NCBI GenBank assembly: GCA_964619725.1
Contig: CAZUFC010000017.1
Coordinates: forward strand, 1 to 64,000
Length of the DNA stretch: 64,000 nt
Origin: an uncultured bacterium
GTDB lineage: Bacteria; CSSED10-310; CAZUFC01
Reading direction: 5' to 3'
Part shown: positions 29,600 to 40,126 of the stretch, one piece after another
Position numbering within the stretch: the stretch's first letter is position 1
Layout: each line of letters starts with the position of its first letter
The notes under the pieces: model-generated
What the model was told of the DNA's origin: nothing
The model's database searches: none
The model's input: the letters and a program-made list of their open reading frames with translations, nothing else
Program-made: the position numbers and the translations under genes

Positions 29600-31945
29600 T
29601 TATACGTCAACCCGGGATTTTCTCCATAACGACAGAAGGAATCCGGGTATAACGAGGAGCAGCAGGGCGCTCCAGGGTGATGTTGCGGGTATGGGCGGCG
29701 GAAGTTCATCCGAAACGTCGCCTGATACGACCAGGGCGTAGCCTTGGGTAAAGGCGTTCAGGTCCGCGCAGTTCACGTTCACGGTATAAACGCCTGGTTC
29801 CGGTTCATCCAGATATACGCATTCCACGGTGTTCACGTCATCATATATGCCGCCGGTCGTTGACCATCCGTACTGGAATTTATTGCCGATGTATTCAGTT
29901 TCATCAGGCGCGGCGACGGTCAGGTTAAGGTCGTTCCTGACCACGGAACCTGTAGTTCCTATTATTCCATAATAGTCGGTCCAGCAGAGAGTAATTTTGA
30001 GAGGCTCATCGGACGAGGACACGTAATACTGGTATTCGTGTTCCTGCCCCGAGGCGGTGAAGCCATCAGCGTTTAAAATATCCTTTACGCAAATTTTCCG
30101 CGTATCGCCTTCAAAAAACATCACGTCATCCAGGGTAGGCCGTCCCCACCCCTGATCGTCTCCGGGTCTGTCGCCGAAACCGGTGCATATGCCGATCATT
30201 CTTCTCGCTGAATTGATAATCATGGCTTTGAGTAAAGCTCCTGAAGGATCGAGTGAGTCTTCGGTTATTTGTGTTCCGGAGGGGTAATAACCTTCTTCAA
30301 AATACTGATGGATCAAAGCTACGGCCCCGGCCACTATAGGCGCGGCAAAACTCGTTCCCCCCACGGAACAAACCTGACTGTTGAAGAATCCCTCACAAAC
30401 TCCATCGGCTTTGTTTAATCTCAAGCCCGAATGATTACTGTCGGAACCCGGAGCGACGACATCCGGCATCTGACTGTTCCCTGTAGCGTTAGGCCCCCTG
30501 TTGCTGGCCCACCACCCGTTATACATATCGTCCAGATCATCCAGATCGTCCGAGGCTCCGACATCAATCGGGCTTTTGGAATAATTCGGGTCCTGGTAGT
30601 CGGCCATTGATGCGCATGAACCGTCATTCCCGCAGGCATTCGTTATCATGCACTCTTCATTGTATCTAATGGTGTAATCGTACAACCGGGCCTGGTTGGT
30701 ATAATCTTCAGGCGGGGAACCGGGAGACCCCCAGCTCCAGCTTGTGTTCAATACGCATGCGCCCATATCCAGAAGGTTGTTCCATTGATTGTACTGGTCT
30801 GTGAAGTTGAACCCGGAAAAACCGTTGTTCGGTCCGAAAAATATCTGGGCCTCGTGAGCGAGCGCATCCCCGTAATAACCCGCGGAATGGTAAAGCGTAA
30901 AAATTGAAGCATCATCGGCATTGCCGTCCTGGGCCGCTGCCGCTGCCACAGACGTCCCATGTCCGTCGTATTCGTCGCAAAGAACTCCTCCGGCCAAGTC
31001 CGCATAAGGAACCTTCAGCGTGTAATCGGGCGTCGTTATCAATGGATTGACGGGAGGTCTGAAGTAAGCATGATTATAATCGATCCCGGAATCCGAAATC
31101 GCTATCGCCTGATGCTGTCCATGTATGCCATGCTCCATCCAGACAGGATAATCATCAGTATTGACAGTTCCGTCCGTTATATCATCATCATCTCCGCCGG
31201 CCGACTGAATTATTCCCGCTGCGCTTAATCCTTCAAATTTCTTGATCTTGGGCCGCGGACTTATATATCTCACTTTCCCCCGTTTCGACAAAACGATTAT
31301 AAGGCTTTCAGGCTGCGGCACGTATAAACCCATGCTTAAACCGTCGCTTCCGAAATCAAAACAATCAAATATCTCCGCATTTAACTCACTCGCTATCTCA
31401 CCGGCCTCAGCTTCACTCACACCGGGAAAAAATTCTACATATACTTCGCCTCGCCCCTCGGCATCCCTCGGTATATGAGCATCCGGCAAACCCATTAAAT
31501 TGGGTGAAATCTTGTAGGCCGGATGATATCGGCCCGTCCAATCAACAAATTCCAAATTCCTTAACGCCGTAACCTGTTCCTCGGAACTGACCTTTACAAT
31601 ATAAAAATAATTGGGAATCCGAAGCCGCGTAGTTTCCGCTCCCGTCCGCCGCACTTCACTCAGCCAGCTCTCTTCCCACGGTTTCTCAATATGTACCAGC
31701 AGCCATTCTTCCTCTTCGCCTGCCTTGCCCGTGCACAATAACTCAGCAGGCATCTCCGGCTCAGAATCATCATGAATGGAAAAACAAACCGTGGACAAAA
31801 AAATGGCCGAGTCGTCCTCGAAAGGTAATTTTTCGCCGTAAAGCGGTCTAACGGAATAAGGCCACGGCTCACCCGCTGCGATTGCTCCGGCAGAAAACAT
31901 GACGGCTGTAAACAAAAAAACAAATAAATTTTTTCTGATTTTCAT
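29600..31945 (-). CDS. Secreted subtilisin-like S8 peptidase with C-terminal sorting/TM anchor
   Basis: Triad SDSGID, HGTSVA, GGTSFAAP; NDLNL beta domain; IPATS + TM + basic tail. Confidence 0.9.
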   Translation of the reverse strand: MKIRKNLFVFLFTAVMFSAGAIAAGEPWPYSVRPLYGEKLPFEDDSAIFLSTVCFSIHDDSEPEMPAELLCTGKAGEEEEWLLVHIEKPWEESWLSEVRRTGAETTRLRIPNYFYIVKVSSEEQVTALRNLEFVDWTGRYHPAYKISPNLMGLPDAHIPRDAEGRGEVYVEFFPGVSEAEAGEIASELNAEIFDCFDFGSDGLSMGLYVPQPESLIIVLSKRGKVRYISPRPKIKKFEGLSAAGIIQSAGGDDDDITDGTVNTDDYPVWMEHGIHGQHQAIAISDSGIDYNHAYFRPPVNPLITTPDYTLKVPYADLAGGVLCDEYDGHGTSVAAAAAQDGNADDASIFTLYHSAGYYGDALAHEAQIFFGPNNGFSGFNFTDQYNQWNNLLDMGACVLNTSWSWGSPGSPPEDYTNQARLYDYTIRYNEECMITNACGNDGSCASMADYQDPNYSKSPIDVGASDDLDDLDDMYNGWWASNRGPNATGNSQMPDVVAPGSDSNHSGLRLNKADGVCEGFFNSQVCSVGGTSFAAPIVAGAVALIHQYFEEGYYPSGTQITEDSLDPSGALLKAMIINSARRMIGICTGFGDRPGDDQGWGRPTLDDVMFFEGDTRKICVKDILNADGFTASGQEHEYQYYVSSSDEPLKITLCWTDYYGIIGTTGSVVRNDLNLTVAAPDETEYIGNKFQYGWSTTGGIYDDVNTVECVYLDEPEPGVYTVNVNCADLNAFTQGYALVVSGDVSDELPPPIPATSPWSALLLLVIPGFLLSLWRKSRVDV

Positions 31946-32230
31946 CCTTTTTTTCTCCTGATCATTCTGTAAATTTAATCCGGATATGTCCCGGTTATGC
32001 GTCTTTAAACGTTCCATTAACTGCGACGCCTCATGAAACCATATTCATATATACGAACGTCCCACTCCCGTGTCAAACTTTGAGCTGCCCATCCGTATAC
32101 TCATACGACCGACTCTGCGTTCTGCCCTGCAGCAGCCGGCAAGCGTTCTCGCCTTCTACGCCGACGGATATTTTTTTACAGTCTCTATATTCTTTGCTAT
32201 CTTGATTCCGGAGAACGGACGGTCCTTATC

Positions 32231-33268
32231 ATGAAAGAAATTCAGGAATTAAACAAAACGCAAATGGATGTCTCAGTCCGCAACCTGGGATGGAAGCCCT
32301 ACCGCTCACGGCAGATACTCCGCTGGCTGTATAAAAAAAACGAATTCAATGTCGACCGGATGACTGATATTCCTGAAAGATATCGAACGGCAATCAAGCA
32401 AGAATTCTTCTGCTATAAACCGCCTGTGATTCGTTCTCAAAAAGCAGAAGACGATACGAAAAAACTTCAATTGATGCTGAAAGACGGTCATTCGATCGAA
32501 ACAGTTTTCATGCCCTACGAAGATCGCTCCACTGTTTGCATCTCCACTCAGGTCGGCTGCGCCATGGGCTGTCGCTTCTGTGCAACAGGAAAAATGGGGT
32601 TAATTCGTAACCTCAGCGCCTCCGAAATATTTTCACAGCTCAAAATCGTTCAACGCGAATTCAACGATAAAAAAGATAAGAAACCGGTGAATATCGTACT
32701 GATGGGCATGGGAGAACCTCTTCATAATTTCGCCAACGTCATCAAAGCCCTTACTTTTTTATTGGCTGATTGGGGATTTGACTGGTCCAAACGGAGAATA
32801 ACTCTATCAACCTGCGGTTTGATTCCTCAATTGGAGGCTCTGGGAAAACTGAATCTGGGTATAAATCTCTCCGTTTCCCTCAATGCCTCCGACGATAAGA
32901 CCAGAAGCCTTCTCATGCCCGTCAATATTAAGTATCCTCTGGACCAGCTCATGAACTGCCTTCGCCGTTATCCCCTGGCTAAAAGACAAAGAATTACCTT
33001 TGAATATATTCTGATTAAAGGCATAAACGACTCTTATCAGGCGGCTAAAAAACTGATCAGAATTCTCCATGGCATAAAATCTAAAATAAATCTCATTCCC
33101 TACAACACTATTCCTGAATTTAAATCACAGCAGCCTTCTCAAAAGGATATCCTGACCTTTCAGAATATCCTCATTGATTCAGGATACTCGACTTTTATCA
33201 GGGAAAGTAAAGGCTCCAGCATATCTGCAGCATGCGGGCAGCTCGTTACCCGTAAGCCGGATATTTGA
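32231..33268 (+). CDS. rlmN: 23S rRNA/tRNA m2A methyltransferase, radical SAM
   Basis: CISTQVGCAMGCRFCATG, MGMGEPL, AACGQL. Confidence 0.95.
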   Translation: MKEIQELNKTQMDVSVRNLGWKPYRSRQILRWLYKKNEFNVDRMTDIPERYRTAIKQEFFCYKPPVIRSQKAEDDTKKLQLMLKDGHSIETVFMPYEDRSTVCISTQVGCAMGCRFCATGKMGLIRNLSASEIFSQLKIVQREFNDKKDKKPVNIVLMGMGEPLHNFANVIKALTFLLADWGFDWSKRRITLSTCGLIPQLEALGKLNLGINLSVSLNASDDKTRSLLMPVNIKYPLDQLMNCLRRYPLAKRQRITFEYILIKGINDSYQAAKKLIRILHGIKSKINLIPYNTIPEFKSQQPSQKDILTFQNILIDSGYSTFIRESKGSSISAACGQLVTRKPDI

Positions 33269-33330
33269 TTAATGCAGCGGAAGGCATTAGAAATTTCGGC
33301 AGCGTTACTTTCCGATTATGACGCATTGCA

Positions 33331-33402
33331 TTGTAAAATGTAACTTTACAACGATCCTTTCCGCGCTTTTTTGTTGACAGGACGCATCCAAGTTTTTATA
33401 CT
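33331..33402 (+). promoter_or_regulatory. sigma70 promoter with upstream palindromic site for the FadL-like gene
   Basis: TTGACA(33374)-N17-TATACT(33397); palindrome TTGTAAA-N7-TTTACAA at 33331-33351. Confidence 0.65.
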
Positions 33403-33530
33403 CGCACGAACTGCATTCCTCAACAGGATTTAATTCAATTCTTGGATTGGAAAGATGTTCGATTTGTTCCGGGTTTTCATCGTTTGAAGGAGGAATGCGA
33501 GGAACGTTTTATTCTCAAGAAGGAGGAATC

Positions 33531-34778
33531 ATGGAGCGTATCAAAGTTATTTTAACGGCAGCGGCGATAATTATTCTGATGACGGAAAACGCGATGGGCA
33601 ACGGATTTGCGGTTCCTATTCAGGGCGGGCGTTCACTCGGCGCCAGTTTTGCCGTCTCTTCCGATGCGGAAGATATTTCCGTCCTTTATAACAATCCGGC
33701 CGGATTGACGCAGATGGAGGGAACTCATATAACGCTGGGAACCAATAACGGATATGCGGATGCCGAGTACAAAGCCGGCGGAGAAAAAAAAGTAAGCATT
33801 CAACAACATGCATTTTACCTGCCGTTAGTGGGAGTCGCTTCGGATTTAGGCACGGAGAGATTCCGGGTTGGCCTGGGTTTGTATGCGCCCTACGGAGCGC
33901 GTATGGATTATCCTTCGGAGGGGCCTCAGCGTTTCCTCATACAGTATGTGGATTTACACACCATATTTACCACGGCGGCGGCTGCCTATAAAATAACGGA
34001 TAAACTCTCTGCCGCGCTGGCGTTGCATTATGTCATGGCTGAATTGACTTTGGAGCAGAGTCGCATTGAAGAATTCCTGGGACTGGAAGTGGACGTTGAT
34101 ATCGGCATGAACGCTGAAAGCGACGATCTGGGCTGGGGGCTTTCATTGATGTATGACGTCAACGACAGGATAACAACAGGATTAAGTTATACGCATAAAC
34201 TGGTGGGCGACATGGACGGCACGGTCAGAATTCGGGAAGTCAATATGGATATTCCCTTTGAACTGGAATTTGAAGAGATGAAAATCAGGGAATTCGACGT
34301 AGTGCTGCCTAACGTTTATCGCTACGGAATTAATTATAAGTTTAATCCCAATTTTAAAATTCTGGCTGACGTGCTTTACTGGAAATGGTCTCTCTGGGAG
34401 GAAAATGAAATACTTCTGGAAGAGAATCCTTACGGCATTGAGGAAGTGAACATTAAAAGAGACTGGAAGGATGCCCTGACGATTTGTGTTGGAACCGAAT
34501 ACAAACGGAATAAATGGGAATATCGTTTCGGACTGGGTTACGACCAGAAAGCCATTCCGGATGAAACGCTCGATCCTGCTATTCCTGATTCTGATAAATA
34601 TTTATTCGCTGTTGGAATGGGATACAACTTCTCTGACAGGTACGACGTCAATCTGGGATTCGGGCACCTTCATTATCTTGATCGTGAAGTAGACAACAGC
34701 GAGCTTGAAGTCCCGGGTAACGGCGAATATGCCTATGGAATGGATTTCCTGAGTTTCGATTTCAATATCAGACTATAG
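33531..34778 (+). CDS. OmpP1/FadL family outer-membrane transporter
   Basis: Signal peptide, NGF start of mature protein, YNNPAGL, APYG, IPDSD motifs; SD AGGAGG. Confidence 0.9.
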   Translation: MERIKVILTAAAIIILMTENAMGNGFAVPIQGGRSLGASFAVSSDAEDISVLYNNPAGLTQMEGTHITLGTNNGYADAEYKAGGEKKVSIQQHAFYLPLVGVASDLGTERFRVGLGLYAPYGARMDYPSEGPQRFLIQYVDLHTIFTTAAAAYKITDKLSAALALHYVMAELTLEQSRIEEFLGLEVDVDIGMNAESDDLGWGLSLMYDVNDRITTGLSYTHKLVGDMDGTVRIREVNMDIPFELEFEEMKIREFDVVLPNVYRYGINYKFNPNFKILADVLYWKWSLWEENEILLEENPYGIEEVNIKRDWKDALTICVGTEYKRNKWEYRFGLGYDQKAIPDETLDPAIPDSDKYLFAVGMGYNFSDRYDVNLGFGHLHYLDREVDNSELEVPGNGEYAYGMDFLSFDFNIRL

Positions 34779-35081
34779 GATTCTGGGGATAGATCAAATA
34801 GGGGTTACGCCTTTTCATAAAATATTTGATTGATTGAAATTCCCGTCAAGATACCAGACCTGACCCATAACTTTCTCTCTGACAAACTCACTTGGTTGTT
34901 TTTTCATAAAAGGACGTTTGTTTCGGTATCATTTATCGGAGTAAGCTGTTACGAGGATATGTGTTTTGCCTTTATCAGATGTTCAAGGCTGCGAAAATTC
35001 ACATCTACTGAATTTGATTCATGAAAATTGTGAAATGTTTAATGAAAAAATACAATCGATAAATTTTAAATCCGCTTTTTT

Positions 35082-36965
35082 TTATTCAGCGGCATTTCTG
35101 CCTTCAGCCAGTTTAAGATATATCATAAGAGCGTTAAGCGCTGCAGGGGTTATGCCCGGAATGCGAGAGGCCTGTCCTATAGAAAGCGGTCTGATTTTTT
35201 TGAGTTTTTGGCGCAGTTCGAACGAGAGGCCGTGCACTTCCTCATAGTCAAGCCCTGCCGGTATGCGGATTTGTTCGGATTTTCTGAATTTTTCGGCTGT
35301 TTCTTTCTGTCTCTGTATATAGCCTTCGTACTTGATTTTTATTTCGAGTCTTTTGTGGAGCATCTCAGGCAAAGGCATATGGGAATGGTCTTTTATGAGA
35401 TCGAGTAGTTTGCGATAGGATATGCCGGGCCTGCGTAAAATTTGTTTTGCGGTTAAAGGATGATCAGGCGGGTTTTCATTATTGGCTGTGAACCAGCGTC
35501 TGGTGTTTTCGGTAGGATTGAGCGAAAGAGCGTTAAGGAATTCGATTTCAGATTGCAGTTGATCCAGTTGTTCCTGGACGTGTTTTATTTCATTTTCGGA
35601 TATGAGACCAAAGCGTCTTCCGTATCGAATAAGCCTTTCCTCGGCGTTGTCTTCACGCAACAATAACCGGTATTCAGCGCGGGAAGTAAACATCCGGTAA
35701 GGTTCATCGACACCGCGAGTGACCAGATCGTCAACCATGACTCCGATATAAGCTTCGTCTCTCCGAGGAACCCAGGAGGATTCGCCCTGCAACTTTAAAG
35801 CGGCGTTGATGCCTGCCAGCAATCCCTGGGCAGCGGCTTCTTCATATCCGCTGGTGCCGTTTATCTGACCCGTGAAATAGAGGTTTTCTATTTTTTTCGT
35901 TTCCAGCGTGGGTTTGAGCTGCGTGGGGGGCATGAAATCGTATTCTATGCCGTAGCCCGGTTTGAGGATTTCCGCCTTTTCCAGGCCCTCTATTGATCGA
36001 ATATACTCTACCTGCACATCGTAAGGAAGACTTGTGGATATTCCGTTAGCATAGTATTCGTCGATATCCGAGCCTTCCGGCTCCAAAAATAACTGATGTT
36101 TATTCCGGTCCGGAAAACGCACGACTTTATCTTCAATGGATGGGCAATATCTGGGTCCGATTCCGACTATTCTTCCCTGATACAATGGCGATTTATCCAA
36201 ATTCTCCCTTATAATTCTGTGAGTCGTTTTATTAGTGTAGCCAATCCAGCATGGTCTCTGGGGACGTTCAATGTTTTTTGTGCGAAATGAGAACCAATGA
36301 TGATCTTCCTCGCCGTCTTGCCTGACGAATTTTTTAAAATTGATGGTCCTGCCGTCGATTCTTGCCGGAGTGCCCGTTTTTAACCGCCCCACTTCAAAAT
36401 TCAATGATTTAAGCGAATCTGACAAACGATGAGAAGCGAAATCGCCGATACGGCCGGCTGGATAGTTCTGAAGTCCTATATGGATCAGTCCGTTCATAAA
36501 GGTCCCCGTCGACAGAATAACAGCGCTGCTCAACCGTTCGCCGCCCCATTGCAGTTTTACGCCGACAACGCGACCGTCATCCGCCAGAATCTCCTGGACC
36601 ATATCCTGAGTCAACAGAAGGCGCTCCTGGTTTTCTACCGCTTTTCTCATATAAAGAGAATATTGGCGTCTGTCTGATTGAACGCGAAGCGCCTGCACCG
36701 CCGGTCCCTTTTTCTTGTTTAGCACGCGAAACTGAATGGCTGTCTGATCCGTAGCATCGCCCATGACGCCTCCGAGAGCGACGATCTCCCTTACAAGATG
36801 ACTTTTTCCCAGGCCGCCGACGGCAGGATTACATGACATCTGCGCTATATGATCAATATTGGAAGTGACCAGCAGCGTTTCCATTCCCATCCCTGCAGCA
36901 GCCATCGCCGCCTCGATACCCGCATGTCCTGCCCCGACTACTATGATATCATACGTTTCAGGCAT
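35082..36965 (-). CDS. mnmG: tRNA uridine modification enzyme MnmG/GidA
   Basis: GAGHAGIEAA, MSCNPAVGG, RLKTGTP, GPRYCPSIEDK, GQINGTSGYEEAAAQG. Confidence 0.97.
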   Translation of the reverse strand: MPETYDIIVVGAGHAGIEAAMAAAGMGMETLLVTSNIDHIAQMSCNPAVGGLGKSHLVREIVALGGVMGDATDQTAIQFRVLNKKKGPAVQALRVQSDRRQYSLYMRKAVENQERLLLTQDMVQEILADDGRVVGVKLQWGGERLSSAVILSTGTFMNGLIHIGLQNYPAGRIGDFASHRLSDSLKSLNFEVGRLKTGTPARIDGRTINFKKFVRQDGEEDHHWFSFRTKNIERPQRPCWIGYTNKTTHRIIRENLDKSPLYQGRIVGIGPRYCPSIEDKVVRFPDRNKHQLFLEPEGSDIDEYYANGISTSLPYDVQVEYIRSIEGLEKAEILKPGYGIEYDFMPPTQLKPTLETKKIENLYFTGQINGTSGYEEAAAQGLLAGINAALKLQGESSWVPRRDEAYIGVMVDDLVTRGVDEPYRMFTSRAEYRLLLREDNAEERLIRYGRRFGLISENEIKHVQEQLDQLQSEIEFLNALSLNPTENTRRWFTANNENPPDHPLTAKQILRRPGISYRKLLDLIKDHSHMPLPEMLHKRLEIKIKYEGYIQRQKETAEKFRKSEQIRIPAGLDYEEVHGLSFELRQKLKKIRPLSIGQASRIPGITPAALNALMIYLKLAEGRNAAE

Positions 36966-36970
36966 ATCGC

Positions 36971-38359
36971 TCACTTTCCGATGCAAAATCGACTGAAAAT
37001 TAAATCAAGCACATCATCGGGCGTCGCTTCGCCCGTTACTTCGCCTACAGCATCCAGCGCAGCCATAATATCCGCTGCCGGAAATTCCGGAGAACTGCCT
37101 TCTTCTACACGTTTTCCCGCCCTGGCAAGATTCTCCAAAATTTCTTTTAACAATTTGCGATGACGCACTCCAGCCAGAATATCGCTTTCGCTCGATTCAG
37201 CCTTCTGACGCACCCACATTACCGCTGCTTTCCTCAAATCTTCAACGCCGGCGCCGGTCAATGCGCTGATGATGAAGAGCGGGAAGGAAGGAAATCGATC
37301 CCCAAGCAAAGAAACATCCAGTTTCATTTCCAAGTCCTTCTTGTTGCAGACCAGGAAAACATCAGGTCCTTCAATGTTCGTAATTATTTCCAGATCGTCC
37401 TCTCTTAACGCCAAAGAGGCATCCAGCACAAAAAACAGTAAATCAGCTTCCCGTATCCTCTTTCGACTTCTGTTTATCCCCTCTGCTTCAACTTCTAAGG
37501 CATTCTTCCTTAATCCAGCCGTATCGATCAATCGGAACAGAACGCCTCCTATCATCCGCTCTTCCTCAATAAGATCACGGGTAGTTCCCGGTGAAAAATG
37601 AACTATCGCCCGGTCCTCTTCCAGAAGGGCATTCAATAATCGTGACTTGCCCGCGTTCGGAGGCCCTGCGATAACAAGCCTGTATCCCTCCTTCAAACCC
37701 TTTTTTTCTTCCGAATAATTCAAAAATTTCGCCGTATCTCTGCTCACATCTTCTAAAACCGCTAAAAATGCTTCCCTGTCAAAGTCATCCAGCTCTTCTT
37801 CAGGAAAATCAATGGCCGTTTCCAGCCGCATCTTAAGTTCTATCAGCTTCTCCTTTATCTGCTCGAATCGCTCCGATAATCCGCCTTCCAGTTGTTTTAA
37901 TCCTGATTTCAAGGCCGATCGGCTTTTGGCGTTTATGATGTCCAGCACAGCCTCGGCCTGAGTCAAATCGATGCGATTGTTTAAAAAAGCCCTTCGAGTG
38001 AATTCTCCAGGTTGCGCCATACGGGCGCCGGCATCCGTGACGACTTCCAGAATTAACATGGAGACAAGCCTGCCGCCGTGACAGTATATCTCCGCTGTAT
38101 CCTCTCCCGTGTAACTGCGAGGTCCCTTCATGAAGCTAACTAATACCTGATCGATGATCTCCTCGTTTTTCGGCTCCTTTATGATGCCGTGATAAAGTCT
38201 GTGCGATGCGTAATCCTTACGCGCTTTACCGTCTCTTTTGAAAAAAATTCTCTGAAGCAGCGCTGACGATTCAGGTCCGCTTATTCTTATAACGGCTATT
38301 CCGCCTTCGCCCTGCGGAGTCGCAATAGCTGCAATCGTGTCGTTCAGGATGACTTTCAA
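36971..38359 (-). CDS. mnmE: tRNA modification GTPase MnmE/TrmE
   Basis: DTIAAIATP, GEFTRRAF, GPPNAGKS, GTTRD, DTAG, FCIGK. Confidence 0.97.
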   Translation of the reverse strand: MKVILNDTIAAIATPQGEGGIAVIRISGPESSALLQRIFFKRDGKARKDYASHRLYHGIIKEPKNEEIIDQVLVSFMKGPRSYTGEDTAEIYCHGGRLVSMLILEVVTDAGARMAQPGEFTRRAFLNNRIDLTQAEAVLDIINAKSRSALKSGLKQLEGGLSERFEQIKEKLIELKMRLETAIDFPEEELDDFDREAFLAVLEDVSRDTAKFLNYSEEKKGLKEGYRLVIAGPPNAGKSRLLNALLEEDRAIVHFSPGTTRDLIEEERMIGGVLFRLIDTAGLRKNALEVEAEGINRSRKRIREADLLFFVLDASLALREDDLEIITNIEGPDVFLVCNKKDLEMKLDVSLLGDRFPSFPLFIISALTGAGVEDLRKAAVMWVRQKAESSESDILAGVRHRKLLKEILENLARAGKRVEEGSSPEFPAADIMAALDAVGEVTGEATPDDVLDLIFSRFCIGK

Positions 38360-38491
38360 TTTCCGACGCCTCCCCGGTCGAATATTACATCAAGAAGTCT
38401 TGAAAAAAAACCTCAAAAATATTATAAAAATCATCGATTATTTGAGTCTTCCGATTTAAAATCTCAAACCAGGGAAAATCAGGATTCAAAA

Positions 38492-40126
38492 ATGACGGAA
38501 AACAATGACGGGAAATTTTACAAAAGCAAAATAAAATCTGCGGCTAAACTAGCAACCGCTTTTGCGCTCATTATCCTGACCGCGCTTTTCGCTTTCGGTT
38601 CTTCGCTGAACAACGGGTTCGTCTATGATGACGAATACCTGATCCAACCGGGACGCTACATGCTCAGCAATATCGAACCGAATGTCTTCTTTTCAGATCA
38701 ATATTTCGGCTGGTTCGGCGAAGCTTCCTACCGGCCCGTCGTCAGCCTGTCTTATATGATCGATTATCAATATTCCGGTCGTCTGCCTGTGGGATACCAT
38801 CAGACGAATTTTCTTTTGCATTGCGGGACAGCGCTGCTAATTTTTATTCTCTTAAGAGCTATAAAAATAAATATGCCGGGAGCTCTGGCTGGTACGCTGA
38901 TCTTTGCAGGATTACCGGCGGCTTCAGAAGCCGTCAATGGAATAGCTTTTCGGGAGGACCTGCTGGCAGCCTTATTCAGTATAGCCGCTATTATATGCCT
39001 TGTCAGAAGCATCATGACGAAACATCTGCGATGGATCATACTTTTCACGCCGCTTATGATCCTGGCTCTGTTTTCCAAGGAATCGGCTTTCATGCTGCCG
39101 GTAATGGGAATAGCCGTAATGCTTCTGCTCAAAAACCCGAAAGACAGACCGGGCAAAAAATTTTACCTTATCTGGACGATCACCATGTCTGTCGTAACCG
39201 GTCTTTGTCTTCTGGGCTGGTTTCTGCTGATGAAGGATAATGCTTTCTTCCTGCCCAACAAAAACCCAGAACTAAATCAAAGAATCTTCGAAATACCCTG
39301 CCTGTTCTCTTTTTACTTTCAAAAACTGTTCGTGCCCTCCCGTATCGCAGTTGAACTGCCGATGCCCGAGAACCGAAAAGCCGCTTTGTATGTGTCCATC
39401 CTCTTCCTGACCGGCGCTCTCATTGCCGGATTCATGAATAAAAAAGCTGCCCTGTTTTCGCTTTGGTTCGTCATCTTCCTTATCCCTGTATTACAGATCA
39501 TTCCTTTAAAAAATAAGATCGGTCTGCGCTTTGTTTATTTACCCGCAGCAGCCTACGCCGGATGGACTGCACTGATCTTTCAACGTCTATGGAACGACGG
39601 AAATAAAATAAAACGATTAGCCGTCGTCGCCCTTATCGTTATCGTCACATTTCAATGCGGCATTTCAAGAGCCGTCACCGAAAGCTGGGAAAATAACCTG
39701 GCCCTGTGGTCTGTCGCAACGAAAATCAATGCTGACAACGCCCGAGCGGCCTACAATATGGGTAAATATTCGGTCGAAGCAGGATTCATCAAACTGGGAG
39801 AAAAATGGCTTACTAATGCTGTGGAAATCGATCCCGACTCACATTTTTTACTTTTTCAATTAGGCTATTTCTACGAAACCAAGCAGAAAAACAAGAAAAA
39901 AGCCGCTGAATTTTATAGAAAATCCCTTGAATTAAAACCGGATACTTTTCAGCCGAACTTCCAGTTGGGACGGCTACTCTTCCTCAATAATCAAGTGGAA
40001 AAAGCGGAAAAATACTTGAAGAAAGCCCATGCTTTGAAACCGAACTGGATTACCGTTAACGTATGGCTGGATTACGCCCTTGATGAAATTGAAAAAAAGA
40101 AGAAAGAATCAAAAAATGAAAATTAG
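38492..40126 (+). CDS. TMTC-like (DUF1736 + TPR) GT-C membrane glycosyltransferase
   Basis: [42 protein letters not shown], TPRs. Confidence 0.85.
   Translation: MTENNDGKFYKSKIKSAAKLATAFALIILTALFAFGSSLNNGFVYDDEYLIQPGRYMLSNIEPNVFFSDQYFGWFGEASYRPVVSLSYMIDYQYSGRLPVGYHQTNFLLHCGTALLIFILLRAIKINMPGALAGTLIFAGLPAASEAVNGIAFREDLLAALFSIAAIICLVRSIMTKHLRWIILFTPLMILALFSKESAFMLPVMGIAVMLLLKNPKDRPGKKFYLIWTITMSVVTGLCLLGWFLLMKDNAFFLPNKNPELNQRIFEIPCLFSFYFQKLFVPSRIAVELPMPENRKAALYVSILFLTGALIAGFMNKKAALFSLWFVIFLIPVLQIIPLKNKIGLRFVYLPAAAYAGWTALIFQRLWNDGNKIKRLAVVALIVIVTFQCGISRAVTESWENNLALWSVATKINADNARAAYNMGKYSVEAGFIKLGEKWLTNAVEIDPDSHFLLFQLGYFYETKQKNKKKAAEFYRKSLELKPDTFQPNFQLGRLLFLNNQVEKAEKYLKKAHALKPNWITVNVWLDYALDEIEKKKKESKNEN

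Noticed and set aside
34780-38490. oriC near mnmE-mnmG
   Set aside because: No DnaA-box cluster seen in the flanking intergenic DNA; rsmG/parAB and yidC/rnpA/dnaA are not adjacent
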